Positions 21,966 through 30,089 of a stretch of DNA of 64,000 nucleotides are shown one piece after another. Below the pieces are notes generated by a model. The model made no database searches and was not told where the DNA came from. It saw only the letters and a list, made by a program, of their open reading frames with translations. Source of the DNA: an uncultured Bacteroidia bacterium (GTDB lineage: Bacteria > Bacteroidota > Bacteroidia > Bacteroidales > UBA932); assembly GCA_902789445.1 (NCBI GenBank), contig CADAOB010000022.1, positions 26 to 64,025 on the forward strand. Direction: 5' to 3'. How positions within the stretch are numbered: the stretch's first letter is position 1; every line of letters starts with the position of its first letter. The translations under genes and the position numbers were made by a program.

Positions 21966-21973
21966 CAAATATA
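21966..21973 (-). promoter_or_regulatory. -7 box TATATTTG upstream of atpD
   Basis: The reverse complement of caaatata is TATATTTG. It lies about 38 nt upstream of ATG 21928. Confidence 0.5.
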
Positions 21974-22083
21974 AGTATTTTCCGGCACTGGTGCAAATTT
22001 GAATACCTGGCATCAGATTGGAGATTTTTTTCTAACTTAGTAGCCTGATTTGGCAACAAAATTTTTAATCAATACAAAACACT

Positions 22084-22557
22084 ATGGCACTTTCAATCCT
22101 GGACCTCATCAAATCGCAGGTCAGCGCCCAGACGGGCGGCATCCAGATCCCTGAGCAGCAGAAGAACACGGTTCTCAACGGCTTGACCGACTCCATCTTC
22201 GGCAGTCTCTCCCAGACCGTGACCAAACCGGGCGGCATCGACCAGATCAAGAACCTGCTCACCGGAAAGGCGCAGGCTGCTTCCAGCCCCATCACGGCCC
22301 TGGCCGGCAACCTTTTCTCCAACAACATCCTGAAGAACCTCAACCTGGGAAGCACCCTCAACGGCGCCCTCTCCGGCCTGATTCCCACCATCATGGGCAA
22401 GCTCTCGGGTATCCTCAAAGACCAGGACGGCGACGGTGACGTCGATTTCAACGACATCATCCTCACCCTCAAGGGCGGCGGCCGGGCGCAGGCCCAGAAG
22501 ACGGGCGGCGGCATCCTCGGCAGCATCCTCGGTAAAGTCCTCGGTGGTACCCGTTAA
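22084..22557 (+). CDS. Small Gly/Leu-rich hypothetical protein (DUF937-like) with an EF-hand-like loop
   Basis: 157 aa with no signal peptide. It has the N-terminus MALSILDLIKSQVS, the loop DQDGDGDVDFNDI and a GGGILGSILGKVLGG tail. It fills an otherwise empty interval. Confidence 0.6.
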   Translation: MALSILDLIKSQVSAQTGGIQIPEQQKNTVLNGLTDSIFGSLSQTVTKPGGIDQIKNLLTGKAQAASSPITALAGNLFSNNILKNLNLGSTLNGALSGLIPTIMGKLSGILKDQDGDGDVDFNDIILTLKGGGRAQAQKTGGGILGSILGKVLGGTR

Positions 22558-22569
22558 TCCGATCTGCTT

Positions 22570-23844
22570 ATGGCAACAACGGCAACGAAACAGCAGAACT
22601 TCACGCCGGCTATCGTCGTGATGTTCGCCCTCTTCTTCATGATCGCCTTCGTCACGAACCTGGCCGGTTCGATGGGCGTGGTGGTCACCAACCAGTTCGG
22701 CGCCAGCAAGGCCCTCAGCCAGCTCGGCACCCTCGCCAATTTCATCGCCTATGCCTGCATGGGCATCCCGGCCGGTCTGATCCTCCGCCGGAAAGGCTAC
22801 AAGTTCACGGCCCTGGCCGCCGTCATCGTCGGCTTCATCGGCGTGGGCATCCAGTTCCTCTCCGGCTATGCCGAGAGTTTCTTCGTCTATGTGATGGGCG
22901 CCTTTGTGGCCGGCTTCTCGATGTGTATGCTCAACATCGTGGTCAACCCGATGCTGAACACCCTGGGCGGCGGCGGCAACCGCGGCAACCAGCTCATCCA
23001 GTGGGGCGGTTCCTGCAACTCCATCGGCGGCACCATCGCCCCGATGCTCGTCGGCTGGCTCGTGGGCGGTTCCATCCAGGACGCCACCGTGGCCAAGGCT
23101 GCGCCCGTGATGGTCATCGCCATGGTGATCTTCGCCATCGCCTTCGTGGTGATCCTGCTCACCAAGATTCCGGAGCCGCACATGGAAACGGCCGAGGAAA
23201 AGGCGGCCCGTCTTTCCGGCAAAGCGAAGAAAGACCCGCACAGTCCGCTGAGCTTCCGTCACTTCGTACTTGGCGCCATCGCCATCTTCTTCTATGTGGG
23301 CATCGAGGTCGGTATTCCGAATACCGCCAACGTCCACTTCTCCGGCCTGTCGTCGGTAGGTCCGGCCGTCGCCGGCACCTTCATCGGCGCCTACTGGTTC
23401 TGCATGCTGATCGGCCGTCTGATCGGCGGATCCATCGGTGGCAAGGTCTCCAGCAAGAAGATGCTGCTCTATACCGCTTCGGCCGCCATCCTCTTCATCC
23501 TGCTGGCGATGTTCATCCCCGAGAGCGCCACGATCACGCTGGGCAAGTACACCGTGCCGTGGAGCCTGGGCTTCCTGACCCTCTGCGGCCTGTGCACGTC
23601 CGTGATGTGGGGTGCCATCTTCAACCTCTCCGCGGAAGGCCTCGGCAAATACACGGCGGCCGCTTCCGGCATCTTCATGACGCTGGTCTGCGGCGGCGGC
23701 ATCATCCCGTTCATCCAGAACGCGATCGCCGACAAGGTGGGTTCCATCCAGAGCTACTGGCTGCTGGTCGCCTGCCTGGCTTACCTGATCTACTACGCCG
23801 TCTCCGGCTCCAAGAACGTGAACAAGGACATCCCCGTTGAATAA
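22570..23844 (+). CDS. MFS sugar transporter (glucose/galactose-fucose permease type)
   Basis: A 12-TM-like protein of 424 aa resembling the FHS/GluP family. It is followed directly by a ROK kinase gene. Confidence 0.85.
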   Translation: MATTATKQQNFTPAIVVMFALFFMIAFVTNLAGSMGVVVTNQFGASKALSQLGTLANFIAYACMGIPAGLILRRKGYKFTALAAVIVGFIGVGIQFLSGYAESFFVYVMGAFVAGFSMCMLNIVVNPMLNTLGGGGNRGNQLIQWGGSCNSIGGTIAPMLVGWLVGGSIQDATVAKAAPVMVIAMVIFAIAFVVILLTKIPEPHMETAEEKAARLSGKAKKDPHSPLSFRHFVLGAIAIFFYVGIEVGIPNTANVHFSGLSSVGPAVAGTFIGAYWFCMLIGRLIGGSIGGKVSSKKMLLYTASAAILFILLAMFIPESATITLGKYTVPWSLGFLTLCGLCTSVMWGAIFNLSAEGLGKYTAAASGIFMTLVCGGGIIPFIQNAIADKVGSIQSYWLLVACLAYLIYYAVSGSKNVNKDIPVE

Positions 23845-24814
23845 GATGGAAAAAGAACTCGTAATCGGCATCGACGTCGGCGGGCAGAGCACCAAACTCG
23901 GCGTCGTCAACAAGGACGGCGAGATCATCGCCCAGACCGTCATCTCCTCGCTGCAGGAAGAACTCATCGACTACATCAACGAGCTGACCAAGGCCATCAA
24001 GGGCCTGATCGCCGAGACGACCGAGGCCGGCAGGGTCAAGGGAATCGGCATCGGCGCCCCGAACGGCAATTACTATAAAGGTACGATCGAGTATGCCCCG
24101 AACCTCAAGTGGAGCTACGACAACGAAGGCAAGCCGACCGTCATCGACCTGGCCGCCCTCGTGCGGAGTTTCACCGGCCTGCCCGTGACCGTCACCAACG
24201 ACGCCAATGCGGCGGCGATGGGCGAGATGGCCTACGGCGTGGCCCGCGGCATGAAGAATTTCATCATGATCACCCTCGGGACGGGTGTCGGCAGCGGCAT
24301 CGTCATCAACGGCCAGGTGGTCTATGGCCACGACGGCTTCGCCGGCGAACTGGGCCACACCATCGCTGTCCGCGACGGCCGTCAGTGCAACTGCGGCCTC
24401 AAAGGCTGCCTGGAGACCTATTGCAGCGCGATGGGTGTCCGCCGCACGGCGCAGAAGCTGCTCTTCGCCAATCCCGACAAACCCAGCCCGCTGCGCAGCA
24501 TCGATCCCGAGAAAGTCTCTTCGAAAGACGTGTTCGACGCTGCCGAGCAGGGCGACGAGATCGCGCTGGAGGTCTTCCGGACCACCGGCCAGATCCTCGG
24601 CCGCTCGCTGGCCGACTTCGTGAAATTCAGCGCGCCCGAAGCCATCGTCCTCTTCGGCGGCCTGGCCAGGGCCAAGAAGTTCTTCCACGATGACATGGTG
24701 GCCGCGATGGAGGAAAACCAGCTCCAGATCTGGAAAGGCCGGATCAAGGTTCTCTATTCCTCGCTCAAGGACTCCGATGCCGCCATCCTCGGCGCCAGCG
24801 CACTGGCCTGGTAG
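23837..24814 (+). CDS. ROK family glucokinase
   Basis: GIDVGGQSTKLGVV is the ATP-binding motif. The ROK signature reads GFAGELGHTIAVRDGRQCNCGLKGCLETYCS. Confidence 0.9.
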   Translation: MNKMEKELVIGIDVGGQSTKLGVVNKDGEIIAQTVISSLQEELIDYINELTKAIKGLIAETTEAGRVKGIGIGAPNGNYYKGTIEYAPNLKWSYDNEGKPTVIDLAALVRSFTGLPVTVTNDANAAAMGEMAYGVARGMKNFIMITLGTGVGSGIVINGQVVYGHDGFAGELGHTIAVRDGRQCNCGLKGCLETYCSAMGVRRTAQKLLFANPDKPSPLRSIDPEKVSSKDVFDAAEQGDEIALEVFRTTGQILGRSLADFVKFSAPEAIVLFGGLARAKKFFHDDMVAAMEENQLQIWKGRIKVLYSSLKDSDAAILGASALAW

Positions 24815-24841
24815 TTTCCGGGAGCCCAAATCCGCATTTTT

Positions 24842-24882
24842 GCGCCCCGATTGGTTTAGTGCACCGGTCGGGGCGCATTTTT
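24842..24882 (+). terminator. Hairpin terminator after the glucokinase gene
   Basis: GCGCCCCGA ...17-nt loop... TCGGGGCGC is followed by ATTTTT. Confidence 0.6.
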
Positions 24883-24915
24883 GTGCTTTCTTGCACCCGT
24901 TCGGCAAAAAATAGC

Positions 24916-24923
24916 TATCTTTG
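24916..24923 (+). promoter_or_regulatory. -7 box TATCTTTG
   Basis: It matches TAnnTTTG and lies 30 nt upstream of ATG 24953. Confidence 0.55.
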
Positions 24924-24952
24924 TATCCCGGTTAACTCTGATCGGGATCTCC

Positions 24953-26035
24953 ATGGATACAACATTGGACGGCACGCACTTGCAGCGGGCAAGCCTGCCG
25001 GGTGACATAAGTCTTTACGAACTGCACGCTCCGGCGCTGCACAACTGTTATTACCTGCTGAGCGGCCCCGGGAGCCGGCAGCTGCTCGCCTCCCCGGAGA
25101 CAGTCGGCTATCCCTGTTACACCGCCCTTCTCGATGAAACTGTCGCCGCCCTGCACCATTTGACGGAAAATGGCCTGGGCGGTGACCTTGATATCTTCAC
25201 CATCCTGCGCGGCGGCCTGAACTATCCGCTGGAGGAAGCCGCCTTCCGCTGCGGCATCCGCGTGCACGACATGCATTTCGTCTCCTGCGAGCGCGTCATC
25301 CGCAACCACGTCATCGAGGGACTGGAGATCAAGTACGAAAAAATCCGCCCCGGCCGCGGCCGGGTGCTGGCCATCGGCGACATCCTGGCCACCGGCGACA
25401 CCTTCCGCTACTGCTTCGAACATCTGATCCGGCGTTTCCTGCTGGATGGCGGCAGTCTGCGCCGGATTCTTTTCTTCACGATCGGCGGCACCCGGGCTTT
25501 CCGCCTGCTGGAAGAACTCTCCGCCAAGATGAACGCCCTGTTCGACGGCTTCGAAGGCATCGACTGCTTCTTCTACGAAGGGGCCTTCTCCGTATATGAA
25601 GACAAAGGCGTGAGCGGCATCAACGTGCCGGACATCGATTTCGGCTGGAAAGACGGCGTCATTACCCCGGAATTCCGCCGCTACATCGTGGACCGTCCCG
25701 ATGCGCTGCTGGAAAAATGCATCATCTACGATGGCGGTGCGCGCCGCTATGAGATTCCGGTGCATTTCGACGAGGTGCTCGAATACTGGGAAGGCATCCG
25801 CGAACGGGCGGACTGCATCGACGTCCGGGCCCTGGTGGAGGAGAAACTCGGATACGCCGGTCCGCTGGATTTCGAAGACTGGCTCGATGTGACGCACCTG
25901 CGCGGACTGGATGGCCTGGGCCCGCTCTGGGACGGTGAGCAGGCGCTGCTCGCGCAAGACTTCGACCTGCGCGCCCTGGCGAGCCGCCGTATTGAATCGA
26001 TCAAAAACCTTCAAGCGCAATATGAAAACAACTGA
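24953..26035 (+). CDS. Divergent UPRT-like phosphoribosyltransferase with an uncharacterised C-terminal domain of about 150 aa
   Basis: ILRGGLNYPL corresponds to UPRT ILRAGL, and RVLAIGDILATGDT is a PRPP-binding-loop pattern. The start is set at ATG 24953, downstream of the promoter box. Confidence 0.7.
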   Translation: MDTTLDGTHLQRASLPGDISLYELHAPALHNCYYLLSGPGSRQLLASPETVGYPCYTALLDETVAALHHLTENGLGGDLDIFTILRGGLNYPLEEAAFRCGIRVHDMHFVSCERVIRNHVIEGLEIKYEKIRPGRGRVLAIGDILATGDTFRYCFEHLIRRFLLDGGSLRRILFFTIGGTRAFRLLEELSAKMNALFDGFEGIDCFFYEGAFSVYEDKGVSGINVPDIDFGWKDGVITPEFRRYIVDRPDALLEKCIIYDGGARRYEIPVHFDEVLEYWEGIRERADCIDVRALVEEKLGYAGPLDFEDWLDVTHLRGLDGLGPLWDGEQALLAQDFDLRALASRRIESIKNLQAQYENN

Positions 26036-27266
26036 CGTTGACTACACCGACCGTGCGGTGGACCGTGCCGGGCGGAAATCGAACCTGAGCATGTTTATGG
26101 TGATGCTGGGCTTCACCTTCTTCTCGGCAAGTATGTGGGTAGGCCAGCAACTGTCGGCCGGCCTGGACTGGTGGGACTTTGTCTGGGCCTTGCTGCTGGG
26201 CGGCCTGATCCTGGCGGCCTATACCGGCTCCCTGGGCTTCATCGGCGCCGAGAGCGGGCTTTCACTCGACATGCTGGCCCGCCGGAGTTTCGGGACCAAG
26301 GGCAGCTGGCTCCCGAGTGCCATGATCTCTTTCACGCAGATCGGCTGGTTCGGCGTCGGTCTGGCGATGTTCGCCATCCCGGTGGCCAAGGAACTGATGG
26401 GCCTTGAGGTCACGCCCGACCACATGCCCCTGGAGGGCTACCTCCTGGTGGCCTTCGCCGGTATCCTGATGACGGCCAGCGCCTACTATGGCATCCGGAG
26501 CCTCACGCTGATCAGCTACATCGCGGTGCCTGCGGTGGCCATCCTGGGCACCCTGGCGATGATCCTCGCCATCCGGCGGGGCGACATGGGCCTGGTCGAG
26601 CAGTTCTCGCAGGGGACCAAGAACCTGGGCGTGATAGCCGGTGCGGGCCTTGTGGTGGGCAGCTTCGTCTCGGGCGGTACGGCGACACCCAATTTCACCC
26701 GCTTTGCCAAGAGTGCCCGCGTCGGTCTCTGGACGACCGTCATAGCGTTCTTCATCGGCAACTCGCTGATGTTCCTCTTTGGTGCGGTCTCCAGCATCTA
26801 TGTGGGCGGAAACGATATCTTCGAGGTGATGCTGAACCTCAATCTCTTCTATCTGGCCGTCCTGGTGCTCGGCCTCAATATCTGGACCACCAACGACAAT
26901 GCGCTCTATTCGGCAGGCCTGGGCCTGGGCAATATCACCGGTCTGAGCAAAAAGGCAATGGTCATCGCTTCGGGCGTCCTGGGTACGGTGACGGCGGTCT
27001 GGCTCTACTGGAATTTCGTCGGTTTCCTCAACGTGCTCAACTGCACGCTTCCGCCGGTGGGTATCATCCTCATCCTCCACTATTTCCTGAACCGCAAGGC
27101 CTATCGCGAAGACACCGTTCCGGAGAGGCAGGTGGACTGGTTCGCCGTGGCGGGCGTGGTGCTGGGCGCGGTGGTCGCCAACCTCGTCAAATGGGGTTTC
27201 CCGTCCATCAACGGCATGGTAATTGCCGCTGTCTGCTTCATGATCGGACAGACAGTCCGGAAATAA
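26022..27266 (+). CDS. NCS1-family nucleobase (cytosine/purine-type) permease
   Basis: A polytopic, CodB-like protein. Its ATG at 26022 overlaps the preceding gene by 14 nt. Confidence 0.8.
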   Translation: MKTTDVDYTDRAVDRAGRKSNLSMFMVMLGFTFFSASMWVGQQLSAGLDWWDFVWALLLGGLILAAYTGSLGFIGAESGLSLDMLARRSFGTKGSWLPSAMISFTQIGWFGVGLAMFAIPVAKELMGLEVTPDHMPLEGYLLVAFAGILMTASAYYGIRSLTLISYIAVPAVAILGTLAMILAIRRGDMGLVEQFSQGTKNLGVIAGAGLVVGSFVSGGTATPNFTRFAKSARVGLWTTVIAFFIGNSLMFLFGAVSSIYVGGNDIFEVMLNLNLFYLAVLVLGLNIWTTNDNALYSAGLGLGNITGLSKKAMVIASGVLGTVTAVWLYWNFVGFLNVLNCTLPPVGIILILHYFLNRKAYREDTVPERQVDWFAVAGVVLGAVVANLVKWGFPSINGMVIAAVCFMIGQTVRK

Positions 27267-27287
27267 CCACCTTAAAAACCTTATGAT

Positions 27288-27929
27288 ATGAAGAGATTGA
27301 TTGGATTGCTGGCTTCGCTGATCGTAGCGGTCGCGGCCTTTGCCCAGACCCCGGAAGAGATTATTTCCCGGATGGAAGCGGCGATGGATGCACACGAGAA
27401 TGACGGTCTCGTGATGACGATGGACATCAAGATGCCCATTATCGGGACTCTGTCCACAACCACCCGCATGCTGGGCGACAAATTCCGGGCAGAGGGTAGT
27501 ATGAAAGACAAAAAGGTCATTTACTGGAACGATGGTACGACGAAATGGACCTATGACTCCGAGAAAAACGAGGTTACCGTCGAAAACGTGACGGCTGAAG
27601 AAAAGGAGAAGGACAAACAGTCTTCGGGCGCGGATGACCTGGCGATGTTCTCCGGCATTACCGCCGGCTATGATGTCAGCATCAAGAGTGAGACGTCCAG
27701 CGTCTGGAACCTCTTGTGCCGGAAATCCAAGACCAATACGGACAAGGACGATCCCAGGACGATGAACCTCGTCGTGGCCAAGGGCACGTACTATCCCGTG
27801 AGCATTTCCGCCAAGATGAAAGGCGTCACGATTACGCTGCGCGACTTGTCCTACGGCGTCTCTGAAAAGGATGTCACCTTCAACAAGGCCGACTACCCGA
27901 CCGCCAAAATCATCGACAAGCGTCAATAA
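27288..27929 (+). CDS. Secreted LolA-like / outer-membrane lipoprotein-sorting family protein (putative)
   Basis: The signal is MKRLIGLLASLIVAVAAFAQ. It is 213 aa and beta-rich, with a pattern resembling LolA-like DUF proteins. Confidence 0.6.
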   Translation: MKRLIGLLASLIVAVAAFAQTPEEIISRMEAAMDAHENDGLVMTMDIKMPIIGTLSTTTRMLGDKFRAEGSMKDKKVIYWNDGTTKWTYDSEKNEVTVENVTAEEKEKDKQSSGADDLAMFSGITAGYDVSIKSETSSVWNLLCRKSKTNTDKDDPRTMNLVVAKGTYYPVSISAKMKGVTITLRDLSYGVSEKDVTFNKADYPTAKIIDKRQ

Positions 27930-27931
27930 CC

Positions 27932-27990
27932 CCGCCGCGCTGCGCTGCGTTGCGCCGCCGCGCTGCGCTGCGTTGCGCCGCCGCGCTGCC
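27932..27990. repeat. 23-bp GC-rich tandem repeat, about 2.6 units
   Basis: CCGCCGCGCTGCGCTGCGTTGCG occurs at 27932-27954 and 27955-27977, with a partial third unit. It abuts MITE-like copy B. Confidence 0.85.
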
Positions 27991-28017
27991 CGGCGTCCAG
28001 CCTGCGCCCCGGCTACT

Positions 28018-28136
28018 TTTGCGCTGCAACGGACACAGCTGGTAATCAGGTGTTTATAGAAAGTGACCCCCTCAAAAAACGAGGGGGTCACTTTTCGTAA
28101 GTCGCTGATTGACTGATGTGTCCGTTGCAGCGCAAA
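28018..28136. repeat. Copy B of the roughly 120-bp palindromic MITE-like element (best preserved)
   Basis: The 20-bp terminal inverted repeats TTTGCGCTGCAACGGACACA / TGTGTCCGTTGCAGCGCAAA are perfect. The central hairpin is GTGACCCCCTC-AAAAAAC-GAGGGGGTCAC. It lies between convergent genes. Confidence 0.85.
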
Positions 28137-28163
28137 GGAGGGGGGACAGCGGACCGGGGCCGC

Positions 28164-29462
28164 TTATTTCTTTTGCTGTTCGCCCTTGTCGAGCACCAGT
28201 GTCCGGTCGCCGCCGATGGGCTCGATTTCCGGCTGGCGGGAGCGGGCCAGGGCGCGGGCGATACGGAGCTGCAGCGTGGAATCGCGCTGGCGGGCTTCGG
28301 CGATCTTGCGGTCAAGATCCGTCACGACCGGCGAATAGCCTTCGTCGAAAAATCCGGCGCGGGCTTTCATTTCCAATACCTTGCGGACTTTGGCGTCGAG
28401 TTCTTCCATCGGCCAGACACCGGTGGAGACCGAGTCGGCGATGGCGTCGATGGAACGCATCTCCTCGTCGGGCATCAGGATCATGTCGCTGCCGGCGCGG
28501 TAAACCGCCGTATTGACTTCCAGCGGTGTGCGCCCGGCTGCGACGCCCTGCATCCCGACCGCGTCGGTGATGACCAAACCGCGGAAACCTTGTTCTTCCC
28601 GCAGCAGCCCTTTCATACAAGGTGCGGAGATGGACATCGGGACGCCGGTCGAGTCGATGGCGGGGATGCTCATGTGCGCCACCATGATCATGGCGATGCC
28701 CTCGTCGATGAGTTTGCGGAACGGTGCCAGTCCGACGCTGTCAAGCCGGGCACGGTCGTAGAGCACGACCGGCATCTCATAATGGGAATCGACGGTGGTG
28801 CTGCCATGGCCGGGATAGTGCTTGGCGCAGGCGAAAATGCCTTCGTCCTGCATCCCTTTCATATAGGCGGTACTGTAACGGCCGACCAGCTCGGGGTCGC
28901 AGCTGAAAGAGCGCTGGCCGTCGGATTTGTCATACGGATCCAGGGCGGCGTCGGCCACGGGCGCGTAGTTGACGTAGATGTTCAGGTCGCGGAGTTCGCG
29001 GCCGACATTGCGGCCCATCTGGTAGATCAGCCGTTCACCCCGCCGTCCTTCTAGCCGGCCGAGGAGACGCTGGCGCGGATAGGGGAGGTACTCTGCGAAG
29101 CGCATGGCCGCACCCCACTCGGCATCGGTTGCCACGAGCAGCGGAAGCCGGGCCATACCCTGCAGTTGGTTCATCCGTTCGATGAACGGCGCGATGGGCC
29201 CGCGCATGATGATCGCGCCGCCCACGCCGTATTCCCGTACGAGGGAATCCTGCCGGGCCATCGTCTCTTCCGAGGGCTCGCGGCTGATTTCCATGACGAA
29301 TAGCTGGGCCACTTTCTCACGGATGGAAAGCTGCTGCATGAGCGCTTCGACCTGCGCCGCATGACGGGCCTCCGCGAGGCGGATGCTTTCCGCATCGTTG
29401 TCCTGGCAGGCCGCAAGCAGGCAGGTGGCGATGAAAACCAGGGGAAGGAATGTCTTTTTCAT
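28164..29462 (-). CDS. GH3 beta-N-acetylhexosaminidase-like glycoside hydrolase lipoprotein
   Basis: The signal is MKKTFLPLVFIATCLLAAC. GH3 N-domain motifs KHYPGHGSTTVDSH and VITDAVGMQG are present. Confidence 0.88.
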   Translation of the reverse strand: MKKTFLPLVFIATCLLAACQDNDAESIRLAEARHAAQVEALMQQLSIREKVAQLFVMEISREPSEETMARQDSLVREYGVGGAIIMRGPIAPFIERMNQLQGMARLPLLVATDAEWGAAMRFAEYLPYPRQRLLGRLEGRRGERLIYQMGRNVGRELRDLNIYVNYAPVADAALDPYDKSDGQRSFSCDPELVGRYSTAYMKGMQDEGIFACAKHYPGHGSTTVDSHYEMPVVLYDRARLDSVGLAPFRKLIDEGIAMIMVAHMSIPAIDSTGVPMSISAPCMKGLLREEQGFRGLVITDAVGMQGVAAGRTPLEVNTAVYRAGSDMILMPDEEMRSIDAIADSVSTGVWPMEELDAKVRKVLEMKARAGFFDEGYSPVVTDLDRKIAEARQRDSTLQLRIARALARSRQPEIEPIGGDRTLVLDKGEQQKK

Positions 29463-29509
29463 AAGCGGCTGAGAGGCTTGGCCACAGAATGCGTAGAAGG
29501 GGCGGGATC

Positions 29510-29959
29510 TCAGTTCAGCAGGGCTTTGACGGCGGCGGAGATGGCGCGGCCGTCGGCCACGCCGGCCAGGCGTTTGGAGGCGATGCCCATCACCTTGCCC
29601 ATGTCCTTGATGGACGTGGCGCCCACCTCGGCGACGATCTCGCGGATGCGGGCTTCGAGTTCCTCCGGCGAGAGTTGCTTCGGCAGATAACGCTCCATTA
29701 CGGCGGCTTCGGCCAGTTCGTTGTCGGCCAGTTCCTGGCGGCCGTTGTCGGTATAGACCTGCGCGGTCTCCTTGCGCTGCTTGATGAGTTTCTGGATCAT
29801 CTTCAGGACATCGGCGTCCGTGACCTCTTTCGAGCCGCCTTCGGCGGTTTTGAAAAGGAGGATTTCGTTCTTGACAGCGCGCACGGCGGCCATCGCTACG
29901 GCATCGTGGGCCTTCATCGCGGCCTTGATGTCTTCCTGGATTTGTTGTTCAAGTGTCAT
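29510..29959 (-). CDS. GatB/YqeY domain protein
   Basis: MTLEQQIQEDIKAAMKAHD...AVRAVKNEI...ERYLPKQLS is the YqeY pattern. The start is set at ATG 29959. Confidence 0.85.
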   Translation of the reverse strand: MTLEQQIQEDIKAAMKAHDAVAMAAVRAVKNEILLFKTAEGGSKEVTDADVLKMIQKLIKQRKETAQVYTDNGRQELADNELAEAAVMERYLPKQLSPEELEARIREIVAEVGATSIKDMGKVMGIASKRLAGVADGRAISAAVKALLN

Positions 29960-30026
29960 AGTAGCACAAATGTAGCAATTATCCGACAAAAGTGCACGGC
30001 CGGGCGGAAAAACCGATTCTTCTTGT

Positions 30027-30034
30027 TATATTTG
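30027..30034 (+). promoter_or_regulatory. -7 box TATATTTG upstream of dcp
   Basis: It matches TAnnTTTG and lies about 55 nt upstream of ATG 30090. Confidence 0.5.
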
Positions 30035-30038
30035 TAGG

Positions 30039-30065
30039 AGATTCCCGGCCAAGCCGGGAATGACG
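30039..30065 (+). repeat. 27-nt REP-like hairpin
   Basis: AGATTCCCGGCCAAGCCGGGAATGACG lies just downstream of the predicted -7 box, so probably in the dcp 5' leader. Confidence 0.75.
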
Positions 30066-30089
30066 AATATAAACCCACAATACCGTTAT

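Noticed and set aside
22008-22021. A sigma-54-like -24/-12 element, TGGCATcagaTTGG, upstream of the DUF937-like gene. The rpoN gene is in the window.
   Set aside because: The spacing is one nt short of TGGCAC-N5-TTGC, and the -12 GC is GG. The nearby GGCACtggtGCA at about 21984 has even shorter spacing.
22093-23967. A 624-aa ORF on the - strand. Similar long antisense ORFs lie at 26262..28091, 29979..31946, 5799..7481, 42561..43964, 57775..59535 and 62406..63989.
   Set aside because: Each is the mirror of a strongly supported gene (MFS transporter, NCS1 permease, Dcp, GH92, DinB, RseP, PMM). Their composition is dominated by G/A/R/D/H/V runs. These are GC-driven shadow ORFs.
27932-27990. A 23-bp tandem repeat considered as a possible CRISPR array.
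   Set aside because: The units are directly contiguous with no spacers, there are only about 2.6 copies, and no cas genes are present.
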